This document shows, piece by piece, positions 48,801 through 62,300 of a stretch of DNA of 64,000 bases. Numbering within the stretch: the stretch's first letter is position 1; every line of letters starts with the position of its first letter. Both the position numbers and the translations under genes were made by a program. This stretch comes from Eledone cirrhosa (Eukaryota): positions 38,316,001-38,380,000 of the forward strand of contig OZ024752.1 of the NCBI GenBank assembly GCA_964016885.1, read 5' to 3'. The notes under the pieces are model-generated. The model was given only the letters and a program-made list of their open reading frames with translations. It did not search any database and was not told the origin of the DNA.

Positions 48801-51800
48801 TTTAGGCACAAGGCCAGCAATTATCCCAGTGCATTACTGGTACTTTATTTTATCGACCCCGTAAGGATGAAAGGCAAAGTCAACCTCGGCGGGATTTGAA
48901 CTCAGATCGTAAAGGGACGTAACTATGCTGGAAAGCATGGCGTCCGACCCTCTACCGATACTGCCAATCCACTTTGAATAAATATTACATAATTTATCTG
49001 TTAAATTTCGTGGCTGTTGATTAAATATATTTTATAGCTTATCTAAAGATTCACTTCTTTAACATTTTCAAATGTCAACGTTTCCGGTTAGCGGCCGTTA
49101 TATCATAACACTTATAAAGATATTGCATATATTTCCGTCACTAATTTTCTCCTAATGCAGTTTATATATAATATCGTCTTTTTTTAAATGTATCATGGAT
49201 TACGTTACTGATTACATAAGACAGTGTAACATAGACTTTGTTCAATTTCTGTGTATATTGTCAATTACGATTTTATTTGATGTATCACCGAAGGGTGGTT
49301 TTTCTGCTAGTATATATAATAGGCCACTTATAGTATAAAAAGAAAATAACACTGGGATATTATTTCAATGTTAGGTCTAGTATTTTCTTCAACTAACCAC
49401 ATATATTCATATATGTATATAGAGTCATATCTATATTCCTCGTGAACATGTATTTAGACAAGCTGTGAAATTTTTCTTAGTATATCTTCCATTTAGGGTG
49501 CATAGCTCAGCGATCAGAGTGTCACTCCAGGTAGAGCTGTTACTTCTCTAAATTGAGAGATCACAGCTCTAGTACTACGGACATGTGGTTAGAATGTTTA
49601 AAGAAAGAATTGCTGGATAGATTTTATGGGCAAAGCCAACCAACAGACAGGTGACCCAGAGGTAGACCACAAGAAAGAGCGATTGGATAACATCTATGAA
49701 CCCAGTTGCTCCCACTTGGGGATCTGACCAGATCATTCGGAGATGGTTGCTTCTGATAGGACTATCTGGAAGGTTTGTTTTAAGACTCTGCCCCCATGAC
49801 CATCCCAGGAATAAGAGGGTAAAGGGGAGGAAGAAGGGGTGTTCAGCAGTTAAGACTAGGTATTAAACTAACAAATCTCCTCTTTCTTAAGTCTTATAAG
49901 GGATCGCTTACCTCTGTCTTCTAAATTACCAAAAGAAAGTAGAGTTATTAAAACTGTAAACAAGACTCTCATAATGGTAAAAAGTTAACAGCCTGATATA
50001 TGTGTATACGTACATAATAGCCTGATATATACATACACACACATATATATATATACATAGTGTATGTAATTCAGGGAATATCTGGTGGTGGTGGTGGTAC
50101 CAATAGGAGTACTCAATGCTCAAGCAGAGTGTATATACTAAGAAATGTTTCAGTTACATATGTTTAGGTTTTTATCTTTTTTTATGTACACAATAAAAAC
50201 CTAAATACATGTAAACAAAACTTCATCATTTTTCTTAGTATATCTGCCAGATACAGTCCTATACGAGCGAGACACAGTCACCCAATCAATCTTGCCTCAA
50301 ATAGGACAATTCCTGTCTTACCCATGCTAGTGTGGAAGATAGATGTTAAACGATGATGATGATATATACAATTGGCTGTGTGTCCAGATATATACATATA
50401 TATATATACATGTGGTTGTGTGTCTGGATATATATATAAATATATATACTAATAATTGGGGGGGGGGGTATTTTAAGAAACAATATTTATGACAGCATAA
50501 ACAACAAACTTGAACAACCACTATATACCAAAATGTTTATGCAAGAATTCACTGACCATTAATTTCAAGTAAAAGAGAGATTACATAGAAACAAGTAATA
50601 TATAGATATTGGTCTATCTACATTCCATAGGAATGTATGGTAGAGGAAATATATTGCTTCATTATGTTTGTGGACAAAGAACAAGAAGACAAGCTGATTA
50701 ACTTACTGTAATGTCATCATCTTCACACAATTCAAAAAGGGCATTGAATGATTCCTGAGACAACTGAGGAAAATGTTTAAAGAAGCGGGCGATGAACTGC
50801 GATGCCAGTCGTTTCTCACTAGCACCGCTTTTAACTGCACTCAAGATTGACAGGTACTGCTCTTCATGCTGAAATGGGAAACAAACATTTTTTTCTGAAA
50901 GGAAATTTTCAGTTTCAACAATTGCTGGACAGATTTTAACGGCAAAACCAACTGACAGGAGACCCAGGGGTAGACTCCGAGCAAGATGGCTGGATAACAT
51001 CCATGAGCTTGGCTGGTCATGATCGGGGATCCAGCTGGATCAGTTGCTTCTTACAGGACCTGCTGGAGGGAGTGTTTGAGGACTCTGCCCCCACAACCCT
51101 CTCAGGAATAAATGGGCAAAGAAGAAGAACAAGAAATACTTCTCAGCAGAGCTGGCCTAGTGATAAGAGTGTACAATAACCATGTTGTGGGCTCAATTCC
51201 TGGACCGGGTTGTGTGTTGTGTCCTTGAGCAAAACACTTCATTTCATGCTGCTCCAGTATACTCAGTTGAAAATGAGTACCAGCAGTAGCTGAGGGTCAA
51301 AGCCTGCGATGGACTGGTGTCCTGTCCAGGGGGAAGTCTTGTACTCTCAGTCGATTCATACCACGGAAACCAGGAGAGGCACTGACGTGATGAGCCTCTG
51401 GGCTCAAGACAGACTGTAACCCTGCGATGGACTCGAGTCTTGTACTCTGTCGCTTCATGCGACGGAAGCTGGAATAAGCATCAGCCTTTGTGCTTGAGAC
51501 AGTCTTTCGACTTTTTCATGAGTGAGCTTAGATGTTTTAGATGTCATTTGACTGCAGGCCAGAGACAGACTATTGATAAGTCAGGGCAATATTAACCATT
51601 GCAATATAACATAGTCTGTCTTCCTGGATCACATCTATAGTGAAGAGAGGCAGAGATTCTGAAGACGAACAAGATAAAATAGAAACAATGAAGAGTTCAT
51701 TCACTTCAGAATTACATTGTTCCAATGTTCTGAAGGTGCATGGCCGAATGTTTGACAAAGGATCGTATCGATGTTGTCAGTTCGATTCCTGGGCAGGCTG

Positions 51801-53569
51801 CTGTGTTGTATTCTTTAGCAAAACACTTTATTTCCCATTGCTCCAGTACACTCAGCTGAGATGAGTACCAGCAGTAACTGAGGAGTTAATCCCGCGATAT
51901 ACAGGCGTCCTCAGTCGCTTAACGCCAAGGAAACCGGGGGTAAACACCAGCCTGATGAGCCATCGGTTTAGAACAGACTTTAACTAACTAATATCCCGTT
52001 AGTGAGTCCAAGTTCTGACTTGATATCCTGGGCCTTACAACCAAAACTAGACCTGGGCGCCCCTAGAGGCCAACATAGGTATATGACATGTAAACTTTAT
52101 ACTGAATATTCTTAAAGTATTCAGAAGAATTTAAAGTAAATAGAGACAAATTAAAACATCTGGAACTATGGAACAGTCCTGGCTCATTAACTCTGACCAG
52201 ATCAAATCCAAGATGTCAAAATAAACCTCAGTCGACCGTAACATGACAGATCCAAGAAAGTGTCAACATAATAGAGTTATGTCCCTTCTTGTCTGTCACT
52301 AACACCCTGACTTTAGACATTTGATTTTTTTTTCATAAAAAAAAAAAAAGAATTGCATTTCTATTTCTTTTGTGAATTTTTAAATTTTTATTTTTATAAT
52401 TGAATTAAAAATTATGCTGATTTTTAGTTATAGACATTGCTTTATATTATACTAACAAAACTGAATACAAGCCCAACATCCGTAACTCGGCCTTTCTTAG
52501 CTCTCAATTTCACATACTTCCTAAAGGTGAGGTTTCTCCTAAAAGTGTGGCTTTGACTAGGCCCAAACATATACCATAGCACTGACTAAATAGTTCTGAG
52601 TATCAGTTTCTCGTTTATGACTATAGTTAATACTCTACAGACAGGTTCAATGTGCAAAAGACACTCAAACGATTAACACCGCTGTTCAAAGAAATCCCCG
52701 ACTTAATGATCAACACTATTGTGATTGTTTATAAGATATTGCTTGAAATACGAGTAGTGTATTAAATTGCTCATCTATACTTCCATGTATATATAAATAT
52801 ATATATAGCAAAGGTTGAATGAATGTAGACAATATATATGATAGTATATAATTGCAATGGCTTTTCAGATTTAACTCAATGTGTTTATATATTATAGTGA
52901 TCTGAAGAAAAAGTAGATTTTTTAGGGAGAAAGTAGACATAAACAGAGTAAATATAATCATATATATGTAAATATAAATATATAATAATAATAATTGTTT
53001 CTACTTTTGGCACAAGGCCAGCAATTATCCCGGTTCATTACTTACTATACTTTAATATATAATAATCATAATAAAAAGAACGATTTGTTATGTCTTCGTT
53101 ACATTACATTCTATATATATATATATATATAATGTTTCTTTATATATATATATATAAAGAAACATTTAAACTTTCTTTCATCAGATCTAAATTTCCCTCC
53201 CAAACAATATTTTCACAACTAAGGGACATATAATTGAGAGTGCTGCCGTTATTCTAGATAAACAATTACGCATGTTTTTGTCGCTAGCAGCTATATCTCT
53301 GTTTGCTCTACCATAATAATGATTACAATATATTCCAGAAAGAGAGACTTCAATAAATTTATACAAATAACAAACATGCTTCCAGTATTTTTCGAACGTT
53401 TATATTTTAGTCGGTTTAATTTGACCACAATAAAACAATACCTCGTGTTAAAGTTATAACTGAGTGAATGGCCTTATAAAATGTAAAAGAAAAATATACA
53501 AACCTCAGATTTATTTGAAGCATCCTGTAGCACACCGAAATCTTTATATAGCTGTTCAACAGTGACCAT
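36643..53569 (-). CDS. API5: Apoptosis inhibitor 5 (API5/AAC-11), complete 13-exon CDS, 1689 nt / 562 aa
   Basis: Manual splice of 13 GT-AG exons in consistent phase gives MVTVEQLYKDFGVLQDA...KRLASQFIARFFKHFP...IRKQAIKDLP...KLQFSYVECL...RLQYFARGVQVYIKQLR...SWKP...YAPPGGKYS and an RGG tail, collinear with human API5 as recalled (MPTVEELYRNYGILADA, KRLAAQFIPKFFKHFP, LQFSYVECL, RLQYFARGLQVYIRQLR). Confidence 0.97.
37524..37648 (-). CDS. API5: API5 exon 12 (IKRSSNE...LYAPPGGKYS...FPQ)
   Basis: AG/GT bounded; matches the conserved YxPPxGKYS motif. Confidence 0.92.
38057..38088 (-). CDS. API5: API5 micro-exon 11 (IPNKSPPATIG)
   Basis: ttttcAG / GTATGT; 32 nt that bridges phase 0 (exon 10) to phase 2 (exon 12). 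Confidence 0.8.
39223..39342 (-). CDS. API5: API5 exon 10 (NKIKVIALKIT...LSWKPIH)
   Basis: ttttccAG / GTAAGT, 40 codons. Confidence 0.95.
39430..39800. repeat. About 90-bp tandem repeat x4 derived from RTE coding sequence, in API5 intron 9
   Basis: Unit encodes VVNRNGMRWLGHVLKDESEWV, similar to RTE RRLRWxGHV. Confidence 0.8.
39985..40078 (-). CDS. API5: API5 exon 9 (RLQYFARGVQVYIKQLR...KTDE)
   Basis: AG/GT bounded, phase 2 to 0; start of the leucine-zipper region. Confidence 0.95.
40917..41104 (-). CDS. API5: API5 exon 8 (EYMPLPP...KLQFSYVECL...FRV)
   Basis: AG/GT bounded, phase 0 to 2. Confidence 0.95.
41807..42001 (-). CDS. API5: API5 exon 7 (KNVHS...YEKLI)
   Basis: AG/GTAAGT bounded, 65 codons. 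Confidence 0.94.
42456..42521 (-). CDS. API5: API5 exon 6 (PEDPDCVDRLMQCVKQSLPLFS)
   Basis: (CT)n-AG acceptor, GTAAGT donor; matches the DPDCVDRL motif. Confidence 0.94.
43313..43453 (-). CDS. API5: API5 exon 5 (VLLDVT...GRQQLV...DQKFN)
   Basis: AG/GT bounded, 47 codons. Confidence 0.94.
43591..43742 (-). CDS. API5: API5 exon 4 (GTLKGLFS...GECRK)
   Basis: AG/GT bounded, phase 1 to 0. Confidence 0.94.
45071..45226. mobile_element. hAT (Charlie-like) MITE
   Basis: TIR CAGTGGTTCCCAAC/GTTGAGAACCACTG; 8-bp TSD GTTTAGAT/GTTTCGAT. Confidence 0.85.
46537..46705 (-). CDS. API5: API5 exon 3 (IRKQAIKDLP...FTINAS)
   Basis: ttttAG acceptor, GTTAG donor, 169 nt; not in the ORF track. Confidence 0.93.
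47235..47372 (+). mobile_element. RTE LINE extreme 3' end
   Basis: VRADFRSLKLTEEITKDHDEWRDAV, then CCCACCCTTGTAAGCAGGGAAAAGCGGACGTA and (TGA)n. Confidence 0.7.
47884..48487 (-). mobile_element. RTE LINE fragment (RT C-terminal region)
   Basis: VDSFRYLGD...GWKKFREL...KGRLY.AC.R.AML.GSETW...RRLRWYGHVMRM...GRPRKTW. Confidence 0.92.
48788..48973 (-). mobile_element. tRNA-derived SINE family A (representative; about 15 copies, e.g. 104-203, 1225-1630, 9580-10135, 17275-17450, 22322-22940, 27378-27566, 34688-34876, 44268-44725, 44868-45053)
   Basis: A-box TGGCAGTATCGG, B-box GAGTTCAAATCC, core GCCTTTCATCCTTACGGGGTCGATAAAATAAAGTACCAG (Meta/Sauria-SINE-like core, inferred), (ATT)n tail. Confidence 0.9.
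50707..50868 (-). CDS. API5: API5 exon 2 (HEEQYLSIL...LCEDDDIT)
   Basis: tttcAG acceptor, GTAAGT donor, 54 codons. Confidence 0.95.
51150..51985 (+). mobile_element. Two older CORE-like tRNA SINE copies (related inverted copy near 28985-29230)
   Basis: GTTC(G/A)ATTCCTGG...GTGTTGT..CTTGAGCAAAACACTT...AATGAGTACCAGCAGTA. Confidence 0.65.
53504..53569 (-). CDS. API5: API5 coding exon 1 (MVTVEQLYKDFGVLQDASNKSE)
   Basis: ATG at 53569, GT donor at 53503-53502, phase 0. Confidence 0.93.
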
Positions 53570-53644
53570 CTTTTCCGATCACAGAATCAATACAGATGGA
53601 CCGCTAATAACAGTTCTAAACGAAATTGCATGGGCAGCACTAAG

Positions 53645-53653
53645 ACCGGAAGT
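53645..53653. promoter_or_regulatory. ETS/GABP-type motif ACCGGAAGT in the API5 proximal promoter
   Basis: Perfect CCGGAAGT about 76 nt upstream of the API5 ATG; typical of housekeeping promoters. Confidence 0.5.
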
Positions 53654-54699
53654 TAGCTCCGAACTTAATAAGTTATAAATACTCATTAGATTAGATGTAT
53701 TTGTTACGTTCATTTTTATTCATATACAACTTCTATATTTTTATTAATTTATTATGTGTTGCATAGAACAACTATAAATTATTAAATCGTAAAATTACAA
53801 GTAATTTACTCCGATATGTACTGGAATAGCTGATAAGCAGTAAAGTTTGCCTCTTTGTTGCTATTGTGTTAAATGGTTATTGCCCCTGTATATTCAGAAT
53901 TACCTGCCCATGTCTCTTAGATACTGTTATTCATCTTACCAAATAGCAATAACAGCTTTGGGAGTTATATACCCAACATACTGAGATCACCATTTATTTT
54001 CGATTCCCATCTAAAACCAAATCTGCTTAACTTTCACTAATAATTACCGTTCATTTTTTTTTCTCGGATGATCGTGACAATGGCTTCGCCATTCTCTCTG
54101 TGGGGTACGGCAGAATAATCCATCGGACTGGCGTGTAGAATCTGCCCCACCCTCTCATTGCGTCATTCTCTTATTTCTTTCCGTCTCCCCTTTATTTTGT
54201 TTCTTTTAAATATTATTATTTTATCTCAATAAAAGGCTAATATAGGTGTTCATAAACAAAAAAGAATTTTTAAAAAATTCCTAGAAGAATTTATATTGAC
54301 GTGAGGAATACCAGTAGTGCTAAGACACGTCGTAGATAATGGTCAAAATTGTAAAATTAAGTGCACTAGAAATGCGTATACCGTTCCTTAGTTCCAAAGC
54401 TTTAATTACGGTGATCCTTCGTCGCAGGTCTAAGCGGTGTAAATATTAACTTCGGTAGTTTAATTGTCTATATATATGGTATATAAATGTATGTATATAT
54501 ATATATATACATATATGATATATATATACATATATGATATATATATATATATATGATATATATATATGATATATATATATATATATATATACATATATGA
54601 TATATATATATATAGATATATATATACATATATGATATATATATATAGATATATATATACATATATGATATATATACATATATGATATATATACATATA

Positions 54700-54742
<43 letters not shown>

Positions 54743-54768
54743 TGATATATATACATATATATATATAC

Positions 54769-54802
<34 letters not shown>

Positions 54803-55739
54803 GGCATGACCAGGGATGAGGTGATAAAAGCCGACCTTACCCAATTACACCTCTCAAAGGCGATACCGTGACCTCTGGCGTCACGCAGTAATACAGAGTA
54901 CCCGACCTCCCATGGGTACAAGCTGAAGCATATAGACAATATGCCCTCACACCCCCCACCGCAAGGTGGTCGTGGAGGTGCCACGGCAAAAAAGCACCCA
55001 GCCCACACTGTAAAGTGGACGTGTAGGCGCCACGAAAAAGCACCCAGCACTCACTGTAAATGAGGTTGGTGTTAGGAAGGGCATCCAGCTGTAGAAATCA
55101 AGCCAAATCAGTTCCTGTATGAGCAAGGCATGGTCAGCCGACCAGACACTGCCCACAACAGGACAACCCGTCTGACCCATGCTAGCGTGGAAGAACGGAC
55201 GTAAAACAGTGATGATGATGATGATATACATATATACATATATGATATATATACATATATATATACATATATATATATACACATATATATATATATACAC
55301 ATATATATATATATACATATATGATATATATGTGTGTGTGTACAGTTGCCCGAATTCTTACTCTGGCTACTGTACTTTCAAAACACTTATCTTCACTGCT
55401 AATTTGGTCACAGAGGTAACAGAAGCTATCAACTACTTCTATGGAGCCCTCCGAGCATTTAATAGAGCTTGTAGCCTGTGAGCCAATGCTGCTTACAACT
55501 CCAGTGCATCAATCACATATAAAACCTACGTTCTTTGCTAGCCTGCCTGAGACCCCACTGCATCTGTTTACCCATAGCTTCCATTTGGGTCACAGCATGG
55601 AATTTCTACTCTCTTTTCCTGCACACTGAGCAAAGTTATTTCACTGAAGGTACCAGGGCCTTCTTTTCCTTTCTACTTAATAGGAATTTGGTCATTGCCA
55701 AGTTGACTTTAAGGCCTTGTTCCCAAATTCTGCCATGGG

Positions 55740-56143
55740 GTTTAGATCATGACCATATAGGAGTTCCCATGGGCAGCCAGTCATAAACTCTTCCATTATA
55801 GCCTGCAGGATGATAATAAACAAGGGTGAACTAAGGACAGTGCTCTGATAGATCCCTACTCACATGCTAAATTCCTCACTGTAATAATTAATTCTAACCT
55901 TGCTGACTGCTCCTCTGTATATGGTTTGTACCACTTTCACAAGCCACTCATCTACTCCTAGTTTTCTAAGAGTCCACTAGATTATGGAACAGGGCACTAT
56001 GTCAAATGCAAGTAGAGGGTATCAGTGGTACTTTTACCTAGCACAAATCCAAACTGCATCTTATTTAGGTTCATTCGGTCCCTAATCAACTGTGAGATGA
56101 CTCTCTGTAACTTTCATGACTTGATCCATCAACTTTATGCCAC
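55740..56143 (-). mobile_element. Degenerate RTE reverse transcriptase fragment
   Basis: RGIKLMDQVMKV...QFGFV.GKSTTD...AFD.VP...LRKLGVDEWLV...CPWELLY with stops and frameshifts. Confidence 0.8.
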
Positions 56144-56394
56144 GACTGGTTTCATGCTGCCTCCATTCAGACCAACCTAATTCACCGATCTCTCCTCGTC
56201 TTATCATTCATATCATATACATCCTCCAATAAGGCCTCACGCTAACTCCAATGTCTAGACACTTTGTTCTCTGGAATTCCAACACATTTTTTGCAGTTGT
56301 TCTCACCAATTTCACAAGGCCTCTATCACCACAGAATCAATCCCTTCCAATTTCAGAGCGCCTATGTCACTAAAGGCACAACCCCTTTACCCAG

Positions 56395-59300
56395 TTTCAG
56401 AGGATTTGTATGACCACAGGCACAACACCTTCCACTAGTCCCTGATTGCCTGTGTGACCACAGACACAACACCTTCCACTAGTCCCTGAGAGACTGTGTG
56501 ACCACAGACACAACACCTTCCACCAGTCCCTGAGAGCCTGTGTGACCACAGACACAACACCTTCCACTAGTCCCTGAGAGACTGTGTGACCACAGACACA
56601 ACACCTTCCACCAGTCCCTGAGAGCCTGTGTGACCACAGACACAACACCTTCCACTAGTCCCTGAGAGCCTGTGTGACCACAGACACAACACCTTCCACT
56701 ACTCCCTGAGAGACTGTGTGACCACAGACACAACACCTTCCACTAGTCCCTGAGAGACTGTGTGACCACAGACACAACACCTTCCACTAGTCCCTGAGAG
56801 CCTGTGTGACCACAGACACAACACCTTCCACTACTCCCTGAGAGACTGTGTGACCACAGACACAACACCTTCCACTAGTCCCTGAGAGACTGTGTGACCA
56901 CAGACACAACACCTTCCACTAGTCCCTGATTGCCTGTGTGACCACAGACACAACACCTTCCACTAGTCCCTGAGAGACTGTGTGACCACAGACACAACAC
57001 CTTCCACCAGTCCCTGAGAGCCTGTGTGACCACAGACACAACACCTTCCACCAGTCCCTGAGAGCCTGTGTGACCACAGACACAACACCTTCCACCAGTC
57101 CCTGAGAGCCTGTGTGACCACAGACACAACACCTTCCACCAGTCCCTGAGAGCCTGTGTGACCACAGACACAACACCTTCCACTAGTCCCTGAGAGCCTG
57201 TGTGACCACAGACACAACACCTTCCACCAGTCCCTGAGAGCCTGTGTGACCACAGACACAACACCTTCCACCAGTCCCTGAGAGCCTGTGTGACCACAGA
57301 CACAACACCTTCCACCAGTCCCTGAGAGCCTGTGTGACCACAGACACAACACCTTCCACTAGTCCCTGAGAGCCTGTGTGACCACAGACACAACACCTTC
57401 CACCAGTCCCTGAGAGACTGTGTGACCACAGACACAACACCTTCCACCAGTCCCTGAGAGACTGTGTGACCACAGACACAACACCTTCCACCAGTCCCTG
57501 AGAGACTGTGTGACCACAGACACAACACCTTCCACCAGTCCCTGAGAGACTGTGTGACCACAGACACAACACCTTCCACCAGTCCCTGAGAGACTGTGTG
57601 ACCACAGACACAACACCTTCCACCAGTCCCTGAGAGACTGTGTGACCACAGACACAACACCTTCCACCAGTCCCTGAGAGACTGTATGACCACAGACACA
57701 ACACCTTCCACCAGTCCCTGAGAGACTGTATGACCACAGACACAACACCTTCCACCAGTCCCTGAGAGACTGTGTGACCACAGACACAACACCTTCCACC
57801 AGTCCCTGAGAGACTGTGTGACCACAGACACAACACCTTCCACCAGTCCCTGAGAGACTGTATGACCACAGACACAACACCTTCCACCAGTCCCTGAGAG
57901 ACTGTGTGACCACAGACACAACACCTTCCACCAGTCCCTGAGAGACTGTGTGACCACAGACACAACACCTTCCACCAGTCCCTGAGAGACTGTGTGACCA
58001 CAGACACAACACCTTCCACCAGTCCCTGAGAGACTGTGTGACCACAGACACAACACCTTCCACCAGTCCCTGAGAGACTGTATGACCACAGACACAACAC
58101 CTTCCACCAGTCCCTGAGAGACTGTGTGACCACAGACACAACACCTTCCACCAGTCCCTGAGAGACTGTATGACCACAGACACAACACCTTCCACCAGTC
58201 CCTGAGAGACTGTGTGACCACAGACACAACACCTTCCACCAGTCCCTGAGAGACTGTGTGACCACAGACACAACACCTTCCACCAGTCCCTGAGAGACTG
58301 TGTGACCACAGACACAACACCTTCCACCAGTCCCTGAGAGACTGTGTGACCACAGACACAACACCTTCCACCAGTCCCTGAGAGACTGTGTGACCACAGA
58401 CACAACACCTTCCACCAGTCCCTGAGAGACTGTGTGACCACAGACACAACACCTTCCACCAGTCCCTGAGAGACTGTATGACCACAGACACAACACCTTC
58501 CACCAGTCCCTGAGAGACTGTGTGACCACAGACACAACACCTTCCACCAGTCCCTGAGAGACTGTATGACCACAGACACAACACCTTCCACCAGTCCCTG
58601 AGAGACTGTGTGACCACAGACACAACACCTTCCACCAGTCCCTGAGAGACTGTGTGACCACAGACACAACACCTTCCACCAGTCCCTGAGAGACTGTGTG
58701 ACCACAGACACAACACCTTCCACCAGTCCCTGAGAGACTGTATGACCACAGACACAACACCTTCCACCAGTCCCTGAGAGACTGTATGACCACAGACACA
58801 ACACCTTCCACCAGTCCCTGAGAGACTGTGTGACCACAGACACAACACCTTCCACCAGTCCCTGAGAGACTGTGTGACCACAGACACAACACCTTCCACC
58901 AGTCCCTGAGAGACTGTGTGAGCACAGACACAACACCTTCCACTAGTCCCTGAGAGCCTGTGTGACCACAGACACAACACCTTCCACTAATCCCTGAGAG
59001 CCTGTGTGACCACAGACACAACACCTTCCACCAGTCCCTGAGAGACTGTGTGACCACAGACACAACACCTTCCACCAGTCCCTGAGAGACTGTGTGACCA
59101 CAGACACAACACCTTCCACTAGTCCCTGAGAGCCTGTGTGACCACAGACACAACACCTTCCACTACTCCCTGAGAGCCTGTGTGACCACAGACACAACAC
59201 CTTCCACTACTCCCTGAGAGACTGTGTGACCACAGACACAACACCTTCCACTAGTCCCTGATTGCCTGTGTGACCACAGACACAACACCTTCCACTAGTC

Positions 59301-62300
59301 CCTGAGAGACTGTGTGACCACAGACACAACACCTTCCACCAGTCCCTGAGAGCCTGTGTGACCACAGACACAACACCTTCCACCAGTCCCTGAGAGCCTG
59401 TGTGACCACAGACACAACACCTTCCACCAGTCCCTGAGAGCCTGTGTGACCACAGACACAACACCTTCCACCAGTCCCTGAGAGCCTGTGTGACCACAGA
59501 CACAACACCTTCCACTAGTCCCTGAGAGCCTGTGTGACCACAGACACAACACCTTCCACCAGTCCCTGAGAGCCTGTGTGACCACAGACACAACACCTTC
59601 CACCAGTCCCTGAGAGCCTGTGTGACCACAGACACAACACCTTCCACCAGTCCCTGAGAGCCTGTGTGACCACAGACACAACACCTTCCACTAGTCCCTG
59701 AGAGCCTGTGTGACCACAGACACAACACCTTCCACCAGTCCCTGAGAGACTGTGTGACCACAGACACAACACCTTCCACCAGTCCCTGAGAGACTGTGTG
59801 ACCACAGACACAACACCTTCCACCAGTCCCTGAGAGACTGTGTGACCACAGACACAACACCTTCCACCAGTCCCTGAGAGACTGTGTGACCACAGACACA
59901 ACACCTTCCACCAGTCCCTGAGAGACTGTGTGACCACAGACACAACACCTTCCACCAGTCCCTGAGAGACTGTGTGACCACAGACACAACACCTTCCACC
60001 AGTCCCTGAGAGACTGTATGACCACAGACACAACACCTTCCACCAGTCCCTGAGAGACTGTATGACCACAGACACAACACCTTCCACCAGTCCCTGAGAG
60101 ACTGTGTGACCACAGACACAACACCTTCCACCAGTCCCTGAGAGACTGTGTGACCACAGACACAACACCTTCCACCAGTCCCTGAGAGACTGTATGACCA
60201 CAGACACAACACCTTCCACCAGTCCCTGAGAGACTGTGTGACCACAGACACAACACCTTCCACCAGTCCCTGAGAGACTGTGTGACCACAGACACAACAC
60301 CTTCCACCAGTCCCTGAGAGACTGTGTGACCACAGACACAACACCTTCCACCAGTCCCTGAGAGACTGTGTGACCACAGACACAACACCTTCCACCAGTC
60401 CCTGAGAGACTGTATGACCACAGACACAACACCTTCCACCAGTCCCTGAGAGACTGTGTGACCACAGACACAACACCTTCCACCAGTCCCTGAGAGACTG
60501 TATGACCACAGACACAACACCTTCCACCAGTCCCTGAGAGACTGTGTGACCACAGACACAACACCTTCCACCAGTCCCTGAGAGACTGTGTGACCACAGA
60601 CACAACACCTTCCACCAGTCCCTGAGAGACTGTGTGACCACAGACACAACACCTTCCACCAGTCCCTGAGAGACTGTGTGACCACAGACACAACACCTTC
60701 CACCAGTCCCTGAGAGACTGTGTGACCACAGACACAACACCTTCCACCAGTCCCTGAGAGACTGTGTGACCACAGACACAACACCTTCCACCAGTCCCTG
60801 AGAGACTGTATGACCACAGACACAACACCTTCCACCAGTCCCTGAGAGACTGTATGACCACAGACACAACACCTTCCACCAGTCCCTGAGAGACTGTGTG
60901 ACCACAGACACAACACCTTCCACCAGTCCCTGAGAGACTGTATGACCACAGACACAACACCTTCCACCAGTCCCTGAGAGACTGTGTGACCACAGACACA
61001 ACACCTTCCACCAGTCCCTGAGAGACTGTGTGACCACAGACACAACACCTTCCACCAGTCCCTGAGAGACTGTGTGACCACAGACACAACACCTTCCACC
61101 AGTCCCTGAGAGACTGTATGACCACAGACACAACACCTTCCACCAGTCCCTGAGAGACTGTATGACCACAGACACAACACCTTCCACCAGTCCCTGAGAG
61201 ACTGTGTGACCACAGACACAACACCTTCCACCAGTCCCTGAGAGACTGTGTGACCACAGACACAACACCTTCCGCCAGTCCCTGAGAGACTGTGTGAGCA
61301 CAGACACAACACCTTCCACTAGTCCCTGAGAGCCTGTGTGACCACAGACACAACACCTTCCACTAATCCCTGAGAGCCTGTGTGACCACAGACACAACAC
61401 CTTCCACCAGTCCCTGAGAGACTGTGTGACCACAGACACAACACCTTCCACCAGTCCCTGAGAGACTGTGTGACCACAGACACAACACCTTCCACCAGTC
61501 CCTGAGAGACTGTGTGACCACAGACACAACACCTTCCACCAGTCCCTGAGAGACTGTGTGACCACAGACACAACACCTTCCACCAGTCCCTGAGAGACTG
61601 TGTGACCACAGACACAACACCTTCCACCAGTCCCTGAGAGACTGTGTGACCACAGACACAACACCTTCCACCAGTCCCTGAGAGCCTGTGTGACCACAGA
61701 CACAACACCTTCCACTAATCCCTGAGAGACTGTGTGACCACAGACACAACACCTTCCACCAGGCCCTGAGAGACTGTGTGACCACAGACACAACACCTTC
61801 CACCAGGCCCTGAGAGCCTGTGTGACCACAGACACAACACCTTCCACTAATCCCTGAGAGACTGTGTGACCACAGACACAACACCTTCCACCAGTCCCTG
61901 AGAGACTGTGTGACCACAGACACAACACCTTCCACCAGGCCCTGAGAGCCTGTGTGACCACAGACACAACACCTTCCACTAATCCCTGAGAGACTGTGTG
62001 ACCACAGACACAACACCTTCCACCAGGCCCTGAGAGCCTGTGTGACCACAGACACAACACCTTCCACTAATCCCTGAGAGCCTGTGTGACCACAGACACA
62101 ACACCTTCCACTAGTCCCTGAGAGACTGTGTGACCACAGACACAACACCTTCCACCAGTCCCTGAGAGATTGTGTGACCACAGACACAACACCTTCCACT
62201 AGTCCCTGAGAGACTGTGTGACCACAGACACAACACCTTCCACTAGTCCCTGAGAGCCTGTGTGACCACAGACACAACACCTTCCACCAGTCCCTGAGAG

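Noticed and set aside
51945-51982. Hammerhead core CTGATGAGCC
   Set aside because: No GAAA or stem III; part of a SINE tail also seen near 51385
56395-56450. Origin of the 44-bp satellite from RTE coding sequence
   Set aside because: Only patchy similarity to the KGRLYDACVRT region; adjacent flank is not collinear with RTE
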